A DNA stretch of 64,000 nt, taken from NCBI GenBank assembly GCA_965219685.1, contig CBDCOH010000002.1, positions 2,144,001-2,208,000 of the forward strand, read 5' to 3'. A program made the position numbers and the translations under genes. The notes beneath the pieces are model-generated. The model had not been told where the DNA came from and searched no databases. It saw only the letters and a list, made by a program, of their open reading frames with translations. Below, in pieces: positions 57,060-64,000 of this stretch (its first letter is position 1; each line of letters opens with the position of its first letter). The DNA is from Candidatus Spongiisociaceae bacterium (lineage in GTDB: Bacteria; Actinomycetota; Acidimicrobiia; Spongiisociales; Spongiisociaceae).

Positions 57060-59570
57060 TTGCGGGTACGTTGCGAGCGGTGCGGTTCAGTATTCGACGT
57101 GGTTGGGTCCGGTCTTCACAAGTGCTCCGTCTGTGGCATCTCCGACGAAGTCCGCGCGACCATCCCCGTGGAGCCAGTCGATCGTAGCTTTGGCGATACG
57201 GATGAGTCATCCCCGCCCGCTGGAACTATGAGATCCGGTGGCGGGAAGGTCCGCCCCTTCCTCGGCAGCTGGATGAAGCGGACATATCAGTTCTTGACGA
57301 AGCACTTTCTCGCCGACGAGCCGGAGATACCGACCCCCATACCTACGCCCACTGCATCGCGCCCGGATGAGCCGTTTCCGCCGGCTGGTTTTTTGCCGGA
57401 GATACTTCGACAGGCTGCACATCTCGCGTCCAGCTCCCGGGTCTTGCTCAATGTTCCCCAGACTGCCGAGCGCAACGCCAGATCAGCCTATGAAGCGGAG
57501 TTGGAACGCGTTGTGTCGGAACGGCTGTCGCGAATACCGGTCGATGCCCTGAAGGAGGTTTCCGGGGGAGGGCTCAGGCTACGAGCAATCAAGTCCGCCG
57601 GGTTTCGTACGGTGGCCGAGGTTCGGGCAGCCAGCCGCTCGCGGTTCCAGTTGATACCAGGGGTGGGAGCTATTACCTCTGATGGACTCATCAGGGCTAC
57701 GCATCGAGTAGAGGAGGAGGTCCGTAAGACGACCAGGGTCCGTTTCGATGTTGACGATCGGCCAGCGACCCAAACCGGCCTTCTATCAGCGCTGGCGCGG
57801 CTAGCGGACGCGCGTCGGTATGTCGAGCCTATGCGAACCCGGCTCGAGAGGCTGATTCAGGCCATCAATGCCGACATAAGGGCTGCCCACCTGGAGGAAG
57901 CCGGGCCTGTGCGCCGCTTTCTGGCCGGACCACGTCGCAGGGCAGAAGCGCGAGCAGCTTACGACCGGTTAGCCGGACTGTTGCGCGATCCAGACACGGT
58001 TTCTCTCCTCTCCAGAATCACCGCTATAGAAAAGCGGCTCTTCGCTCCGCGTAGTAGGCGCCAGCGGGTCTGGGACGATTTCACGGCGAGACCCGTTTTC
58101 TACAACGGTCTGCTGGAGGATGTCGGGGGACTGGGTCCCGACGTTGATGTGTCTCAGGGTTTCCTACCGGAAGAGATCGTCCGACGGATCAGGACGTTCC
58201 GCCTGGACATCAGCCTGCTCAACGTGACTCTGCGCGGTTATCAGACATTCGGCGCGAAGTTCGCGTTGGTCCAGCAGCGGACCATCCTGGGTGACGAGAT
58301 GGGCTTAGGCAAGACCATCGAAGCGTTGGCGGTCCTGTGCCATCTCCGGTCACGCGGCGCCAGGCACTTCCTGGTTGTATGCCCTGCCAGTGTTCTGGCG
58401 AACTGGGAACACGAAGTCTGGCGGCACTCACGACTATCGCCCACTTGGCGGCTCCACGGCCCGCAACGGGACCGCCGTCTCCTACAGTGGGCACGCGATG
58501 GAGGTGTCGCCATTACCACGTTCGGCACACTTCGCAGCCTCCAACCCCTAGCGACGCGGATCGCGGCCGTAGTCGTTGACGAAGCCCACTACGTCAAGAA
58601 CCCTATTGCGCTACGCACCAAAGCCGTCCGGTCCTGGCTGAATCTGGCCGAACACAAACTGCTGATGAGCGGCACACCGATGGAAAACCGCGTCGAAGAA
58701 TTCCGCACTCTCGTCAGTCACATCAGACCCGGCCTCGCCTCCCGGATACGCACAACCGACGGAATCGCGGGGGCCAACGCCTTCCGTCGCAAGGTCGCAC
58801 CCGTTTACCTGCGTAGGAACCAGACCGACGTGTTGGACGAACTCCCACCAAGAATCGAAACCGCCGATTGGCTTACTCTCGACGGGCCTGCAGCAGACGA
58901 ATACCGCCGAGCCGTTGCCAGCCGCAACTTCATGGCGATGCGACGCGCCGCTTTCCTCACCCCAGACCCAGGCGACTCGCCAAAACTCCGTCGGCTGGTC
59001 CAGATAGTCGAAGAAGCCGCCGACAACAGCCGCAAGGTGGTCGTCTTCTCGTTCTTCCTCGACGTGATCCAGCTGATTCACACAGCTGTTGGCGCTCTCG
59101 CGGCAGGTTCGATCACAGGTGGCCTGCCAGCCGGCCACAGGCAGGAACTCGTCGAAAGGTTCACGACAACAACAGGACCGGCCGTTCTCATCAACCAGAT
59201 CCAAGCTGGCGGTGTCGGACTCAACATCCAAGCTGCGTCCGTCGTCATCCTGACAGAACCGCAGTGGAAACCCAGCACCGAAGAACAAGCAATCGCACGA
59301 TGTCACCGTATGGGCCAAGTCCGCCCGGTTGAGGTGCATCGGTTACTTACCGAGGACAGCGTGGACGAGCACATGCTGAGAATCCTCGCCCGAAAGTCAA
59401 CCCTCTCTGCCGAGTATGTCCGTGCCAGCACAATGAAGGAGGCTGCACCCGAAGCCACCGATACCACCGTCAGCGACCCCGGACGGTCCGTATCCGTGGC
59501 CGAGCACGAGCGGCGAATCATCGAAATGGAGATCTGCCGACTAGGACTCAAGACTCAGGTGAGGAGCTGA
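57060..59570 (+). CDS. SNF2-family helicase/ATPase
   Basis: GDEMGLGKT, DEAH, SGTPMEN and QAIARCHRMGQ motifs; IPGVG HhH-like motif; N-terminal CxxC..CxxC. Start uncertain. Confidence 0.9.
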   Translation: MRVRCERCGSVFDVVGSGLHKCSVCGISDEVRATIPVEPVDRSFGDTDESSPPAGTMRSGGGKVRPFLGSWMKRTYQFLTKHFLADEPEIPTPIPTPTASRPDEPFPPAGFLPEILRQAAHLASSSRVLLNVPQTAERNARSAYEAELERVVSERLSRIPVDALKEVSGGGLRLRAIKSAGFRTVAEVRAASRSRFQLIPGVGAITSDGLIRATHRVEEEVRKTTRVRFDVDDRPATQTGLLSALARLADARRYVEPMRTRLERLIQAINADIRAAHLEEAGPVRRFLAGPRRRAEARAAYDRLAGLLRDPDTVSLLSRITAIEKRLFAPRSRRQRVWDDFTARPVFYNGLLEDVGGLGPDVDVSQGFLPEEIVRRIRTFRLDISLLNVTLRGYQTFGAKFALVQQRTILGDEMGLGKTIEALAVLCHLRSRGARHFLVVCPASVLANWEHEVWRHSRLSPTWRLHGPQRDRRLLQWARDGGVAITTFGTLRSLQPLATRIAAVVVDEAHYVKNPIALRTKAVRSWLNLAEHKLLMSGTPMENRVEEFRTLVSHIRPGLASRIRTTDGIAGANAFRRKVAPVYLRRNQTDVLDELPPRIETADWLTLDGPAADEYRRAVASRNFMAMRRAAFLTPDPGDSPKLRRLVQIVEEAADNSRKVVVFSFFLDVIQLIHTAVGALAAGSITGGLPAGHRQELVERFTTTTGPAVLINQIQAGGVGLNIQAASVVILTEPQWKPSTEEQAIARCHRMGQVRPVEVHRLLTEDSVDEHMLRILARKSTLSAEYVRASTMKEAAPEATDTTVSDPGRSVSVAEHERRIIEMEICRLGLKTQVRS

Positions 59571-59600
59571 ACCAGGCTGGTGCCCCAGATACTCGATGAT

Positions 59601-59734
59601 GCACAAGGGGATCGGTGAGAGCGGTATCCCGCCCGCCGTAGCAGCGGTAGCCTACGTTGTCTTCGATGCCATCGGGGTACCCATCACAAACCTGCCAATC
59701 ACACCAGAGAAGGTGCTGGCCGCGATCGAAAGCC
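59601..59734 (+). repeat. Diverged 134-bp direct copy of the 3' end of molybdoenzyme large subunit #3 (56760-56893)
   Basis: Ungapped manual alignment gives 21 mismatches in 134 bp. It encodes HKGIGESGIPPAVAAVAYVVFDAIGVPITNLPITPEKVLAAIES. Confidence 0.92.
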
Positions 59735-59870
59735 ACCGCGAGTAACCACATTAGGCACTAACCGACCAAGGTGCCCGGTTGGGCTACGTACGGGCTTTCT
59801 CAGCACCCTCACCAGTTCCGAGGCGGTCCGTCCGACTGGAGGGGATTCTCTTGAGTCGTCCGCTACATGA

Positions 59871-60020
59871 GACGGTGGCCAACGACTCGCGGGTGAACTC
59901 GTCGGACTCCGGTCATGTCGCAGAGGTGACTATCGGATGATCCACGAACTCTACAGGGATGACCATGTCGTCTTGGTTCATCGGGTGCAGGATCGCCGTG
60001 ATGTGTACCGCCAGAGCTGA
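59871..60020 (+). pseudogene. RelE/ParE-family toxin C-terminal remnant
   Basis: GQRLAGELVGLRSCRRGDYRMIHELYRDDHVVLVHRVQDRRDVYR*, with an in-frame TGA at 59868-59870 immediately upstream. Confidence 0.75.
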
Positions 60021-60132
60021 CTGCCGAGAGGATCTTGCGGGATAGCGGCGATCCCGCTCTACGGATGACCGAGGCCCCTCCACGAACACGTGATCGGCAT
60101 CACGACCGCAGAGATACGCGCCCGGCCAGATC

Positions 60133-60164
60133 TAGTTGCACAATTGTAATCGTAGTTGTACAAT
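60133..60164. promoter_or_regulatory. Candidate TA autorepression operator (TAGTTGYACAAT x2)
   Basis: TAGTTGCACAAT at 60133-60144 and TAGTTGTACAAT at 60153-60164, each containing a near-palindrome TTGYACAA, just before the antitoxin ATG. Confidence 0.7.
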
Positions 60165-60171
60165 CTGTGTC

Positions 60172-60462
60172 ATGGGATTGACACCAGACGCCCTGCCAGA
60201 TGTGAAGAGCATCCCGATCAGCGAATTCCGTCGGAAGTGCCTCACCCTTCTCCCGGCGATAGCGGAGAACGGGGGCGAGATCATCGTCACCAGGCGCGGC
60301 AGGCCCTTGGCGGTCGTCTCGCCGATCCGCCAGGGCGGGTCCGGCAGCATCTATGGCCTCTACTCAGCCGGCGACCTAGTATATCCCGACCCCACCGCGC
60401 CTCATTACTCAGACGAGGAGTGGGATGAGATCGTCGATGCCTGGGACGCGAACACCGACTAG
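60172..60462 (+). CDS. Phd/YefM-family antitoxin
   Basis: IPISEFRRKCLTLL..EIIVTRRGRPLAVV and an acidic C-terminus. Confidence 0.9.
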   Translation: MGLTPDALPDVKSIPISEFRRKCLTLLPAIAENGGEIIVTRRGRPLAVVSPIRQGGSGSIYGLYSAGDLVYPDPTAPHYSDEEWDEIVDAWDANTD

Positions 60463-60492
60463 GAACAGGCGTTCAGTGGCGGAGGCTGCTCG

Positions 60493-60930
60493 ATGAAGCG
60501 GTCCGTGGTACTCGATACGCACATCCTCATCGCATACCTGCGGGGCGCTCTTGGCGGAGACGGAAAGCCCAAGACCCTACTCCGTGTCCTGAGATCTGCA
60601 GAAGATGAGAGAAGTTTGCTCGTGTCGGCGGCCACATTCTGGGAAATCGAACTGATCCGCCGAAACCCCAGGAATGACTTGCGAGCACTCCCGCCTACCG
60701 ATTCTCTCGTCTGGACGCTGAGATCGAAGGGTGTCACAACAGTCCCGGTTACTCCCGAACTGGCTGTGCGAGCTGTCCGCCTGCTCGACGAGGGCTTCCA
60801 CAAGGACCCGATGGACCAGTTCATCGCCGCAACCGCGATCGTGGAGGAGAGCATCCTGGCCACACGCGACCGGGCGATCAGAACGTGGGCCGAAGAACGC
60901 GGCATGCCCGAGTTGGCCCCGATGGATTGA
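60493..60930 (+). CDS. vapC: PIN-domain toxin
   Basis: LDTH, SAATFWE, HKDPMDQFIAATA and TRD motifs. Confidence 0.9.
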   Translation: MKRSVVLDTHILIAYLRGALGGDGKPKTLLRVLRSAEDERSLLVSAATFWEIELIRRNPRNDLRALPPTDSLVWTLRSKGVTTVPVTPELAVRAVRLLDEGFHKDPMDQFIAATAIVEESILATRDRAIRTWAEERGMPELAPMD

Positions 60931-60968
60931 CGGGTAGCCCCCCGGCCAGGTCCCATCCTAGGGCGCTA

Positions 60969-61907
60969 TTACCTCTCCTCCCGGGAGTAGGGAATTCCCA
61001 AGGCGGCCGGGGCGCCGATGCGCCTGCGGAGGTCGCCCCGGGCGAGGACGAACAAGGCGGCGATGGTGATCAGGAAAGGCATCATCTTCAGGACCTCGGC
61101 AGGGATCTCATCGAACCCGAGAGCCTGCAAAGTGAAGTTGGTCCGTACGGCCAGACCGAAGATGTAAGCACCGATCAACAGCCGGAACGGTCTCCAAGCT
61201 GCGAACACCACCAACCCGATGGCGATCCATCCCAGACCGGCGACGGTAGCCTCGGCGTTCCATGATGTGACGATCACGGTGATAAGGTTCGCGCCGCCGA
61301 GCCCGGCCAGCGCACCGCCGACTATCGCGTAGACGTAGCGGGTCCTGAGCACGTTGATCCCGACCGTGTCGGCGGTCGCGGGCTCCTCGCCGACCGCCCG
61401 CAACGACAGCCCGAGCCGTGTCCGCGATATGTGGAGGCCGGTCAACGCCACGAGCGCCCAGGAGATGTAGACGAAAATGCTCTGGCGGAACAGGACCGGC
61501 CCCAGCACCGGCACCTGGCTCAAGCCCGGGATCTCGATGGCGGTAACGGCCCTGTTGATCACGGTGAAGCCGTGCGGTTCGCCGATGAAGCGCGCCACTC
61601 CGGAGGCGAAAATGAACAGGGCGAGACCGGACAGTATCTGGTTGGCGCGGAACGAGACTGAGAGCACGGCGTGCAGACCGCCGATCAGCGCTCCCCAGAT
61701 CATGCCGACCACCACGCCCACCACTACGTTGTCGGTCGCCTGAATCGCCGTGAAGGTCCCGATGGCACCGAGCAACATGGTCCCCTCGACCGACAGGTTG
61801 AGAATCCCGGACCGCTCGCTGAGCAACTCCCCCAGTCCAGCCAGGACGATCGGCGTCCCGGCTGTGATGGCGCCGGCGAGGGTGAGGACCAGCACACTCT
61901 CGTTCAT
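60969..61907 (-). CDS. ABC permease (YufQ-like)
   Basis: ERSGILNLSVEG and GLGWIAIGLVVFAAWRP motifs. Confidence 0.92.
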   Translation of the reverse strand: MNESVLVLTLAGAITAGTPIVLAGLGELLSERSGILNLSVEGTMLLGAIGTFTAIQATDNVVVGVVVGMIWGALIGGLHAVLSVSFRANQILSGLALFIFASGVARFIGEPHGFTVINRAVTAIEIPGLSQVPVLGPVLFRQSIFVYISWALVALTGLHISRTRLGLSLRAVGEEPATADTVGINVLRTRYVYAIVGGALAGLGGANLITVIVTSWNAEATVAGLGWIAIGLVVFAAWRPFRLLIGAYIFGLAVRTNFTLQALGFDEIPAEVLKMMPFLITIAALFVLARGDLRRRIGAPAALGIPYSREER

Positions 61908-63085
61908 GTACTCGACTCCTCCCGTGGAACTGTCTCTGCTCCCGGTGTTGCTGCCACGGCGTCCGGGGCATCATCCGGACCGGCGCGGCGCGGTATCCAG
62001 CGCCATCGATAGGACAGAAGGGTTGCACCGCCCACGACGAAGAGGATCAAGGTTCCCTGCACGATTATCGAAACCGAAATCGGGATCGGGTTGGCCATCG
62101 ACTGCAGGGTCAGGGCCGCGTTCTCCACCGCGCCCAGGATCACGGCGGAGACGACAATGCCCAACGGAGTCAGCCTGCCGAGTGCGGCGACCACGATCCC
62201 GGTGTATCCGAGCCCGGCGGCGAAGCCCTCGGGGCTGAAACGCCCACCCCTCCCCAGCAGCTCGATTGCGCCGGCGAGGCCGGCCAGCGAACCGGAGATC
62301 AGCATTACCCGCATCGTGAGAGCACCGATGCTTATCCCGGAATAGTGAGCGGCCTTTGTGGAGCTGTTCATCACGCGCATCGTGAATCCGAGCCGAGTGT
62401 GCCGCAGGATGAAATGCACCGCGACCGCGGCGAGGATGGCGACGAAGAATCCCCAATGCAGCCTGGTCGTCCCGATCCTGGGCAGTTCCAGGAAGGAAGC
62501 CACCTCGCGACCAACCGGATGCCCGATAAGGGTCGTATCACGCCATGGACTGGTCGTGCCATCGACCAGGTAGTAGGAGAATATGACCGCCACGAAGTTG
62601 AGCATCAGGCTGGTGAGTATCTCGTTGACGCCGTACCTGGCCTTGCCGTAGGCCACCAGGGCAACCCAGAACACACCGCCGAACATCCCGGCGATCAGTG
62701 TCATAGGAATCCCGATCTGGGGTGCCATGATGTCGCCTATCCAGACGCCGAACCCGGTAGCGGCAATGGCGCCGAATATGAGTTGACCCTCGGCGCCGAT
62801 GTTCCAGAGCCGGACGCGGAATGCAAAAGCCACGGCGAGGCCGGTGAGGATCAGCGGAGTGGCACTCGTCAGCGTGTCGGCGAAACCGAACCACGATCCG
62901 AAGGCTGTCTTGACGATCTCAACATAGACCTTGAGCGGATCGAACGAGCGGAAGGCGAGAAACGCCGCCACGACCACGAGCGCGAGCGCGATAGACCCTA
63001 TAGGGAGCACAACCTTCAGCCACAGCGGCGCCGCCGGTCGGGGCTCGACGACCACGGGCCAGCGGAAGGCGCGACCGCTGCTCAT
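61904..63085 (-). CDS. ABC permease (YufP-like)
   Basis: WNIGAEGQ and VNEILTSLMLNF motifs. Confidence 0.92.
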   Translation of the reverse strand: MSSGRAFRWPVVVEPRPAAPLWLKVVLPIGSIALALVVVAAFLAFRSFDPLKVYVEIVKTAFGSWFGFADTLTSATPLILTGLAVAFAFRVRLWNIGAEGQLIFGAIAATGFGVWIGDIMAPQIGIPMTLIAGMFGGVFWVALVAYGKARYGVNEILTSLMLNFVAVIFSYYLVDGTTSPWRDTTLIGHPVGREVASFLELPRIGTTRLHWGFFVAILAAVAVHFILRHTRLGFTMRVMNSSTKAAHYSGISIGALTMRVMLISGSLAGLAGAIELLGRGGRFSPEGFAAGLGYTGIVVAALGRLTPLGIVVSAVILGAVENAALTLQSMANPIPISVSIIVQGTLILFVVGGATLLSYRWRWIPRRAGPDDAPDAVAATPGAETVPREESST

Positions 63086-64000
63086 GCGCTGCTCCCGGTC
63101 ATCGCCAACCCGACCATTTCCCGATCAAGATCTTCGATCGCCGTCTCGTATGCGACCGTACCCTCGTAGAGAACCATCACGGTGTCAGCGAGCGCGAGCA
63201 CCTCGTCCAGGTCCTCGGATATGAGCACGATCGCGCACCCCTCCTCGCGCAGACGACCCATCTCCTCGTGCACGAACTGGGCCGAGGCGACATCCAGGCC
63301 TTGGGTCGGCGAAGACAACACAAGCACCTCCGGGGAACCCGAAAGCTCTCGCGCCAGGATCACCCGCTGGAGGTTCCCGCCCGATAGGGTGCCCGTCTTC
63401 ACATCAGGCCCGGCAACCACGATCCCGTAGTCCTCGATGTGCCGGAGCGCCCGTCGTTGCGCGTGCGAAGCCTTGAACCCGCCCCTCGCCGCGTCGGTCA
63501 ACATCAGGTTCTCGGCAACGGAGAGGTCCGGCGCCAAGCCGGTGTGGAGGCGATCACTCGGAATGTAACCGAGACCCTGGTCGCGGGCGGCCCTCGGACC
63601 GCGCCCGGTTGTTTCCTCTCCCCCGATCTCCACTGAACCCGAGTCGGGCGCGACGAGGCCGGCCAGCACGTCGGCGAGTAGTTCCTGACCGTTGCCTGCC
63701 ACACCTGCGATACCGACGATCTCCCCCGAACGCGCGGCAAGCGTGATCCCATGCAGCCCTTCCCGGTCATTCGTCCTGGACACCTCGAGATCTCTCGCTG
63801 CCAAGACCGGTTCTCCGACCTCGACGGAGCCTTCCAGGCGGGAGAACTCGTGCTCCACCGGACGACCGATCATGGCGGTGGCCAGGGCGGCCGCCGTGGT
63901 CTTCTCCGTAGGGACGACCAGTTCAACACGACCGTCTCGCATCACCGTCACGGTGTCCGACACCGCCATCACCTCCCGCAGCTTGTGGGTGATGATCATG
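63082..64000 (-). CDS. ABC ATP-binding protein (nucleoside-type), 5' part outside the window
   Basis: ITHKL, GVAGNGQ, LSGGNLQR and ISEDLDE motifs. Confidence 0.92.
   Translation of the reverse strand, partial: MIITHKLREVMAVSDTVTVMRDGRVELVVPTEKTTAAALATAMIGRPVEHEFSRLEGSVEVGEPVLAARDLEVSRTNDREGLHGITLAARSGEIVGIAGVAGNGQELLADVLAGLVAPDSGSVEIGGEETTGRGPRAARDQGLGYIPSDRLHTGLAPDLSVAENLMLTDAARGGFKASHAQRRALRHIEDYGIVVAGPDVKTGTLSGGNLQRVILARELSGSPEVLVLSSPTQGLDVASAQFVHEEMGRLREEGCAIVLISEDLDEVLALADTVMVLYEGTVAYETAIEDLDREMVGLAMTGSSA

Noticed and set aside
1-64000. Integrase, transposase, tRNA or rRNA genes
   Set aside because: None recognised in any frame or intergenic region.

Overview
GC-rich bacterial DNA. The lipoprotein signal peptides followed by Thr/Pro-rich linkers and the mycothiol-type dehydrogenase suggest an actinobacterium such as Acidimicrobiia (inference). 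Almost the whole window is one catabolic island for N-heterocycles (nucleobase, purine or alkaloid type). It holds four BMP/nucleoside-type ABC importers, one NMT1/THI5-type importer, four Rieske monooxygenases resembling methylxanthine N-demethylases (no reductase in the window) and a mycothiol-type formaldehyde dehydrogenase. It also holds three different xanthine-dehydrogenase-family molybdoenzymes with CoxD/CoxE-like chaperones, a UbiD/UbiX pair, a cyclic amidohydrolase, a nitrilase-family ureidase, a class III aminotransferase, an ALDH, two SDRs, a DUF1989 protein and an IclR regulator with a candidate shared operator. The right end is interrupted by accessory genes: an AlbA_2/Schlafen protein with a duplicated C-terminal domain, a SNF2 helicase bracketed by a duplicated 3' end of the molybdoenzyme gene, a RelE remnant and a Phd-VapC toxin-antitoxin pair. 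Non-coding signals include degenerate 7-bp repeat tracts after stop codons and several orphan C-terminal gene fragments. All family calls come from motif recognition by eye, not from database searches.
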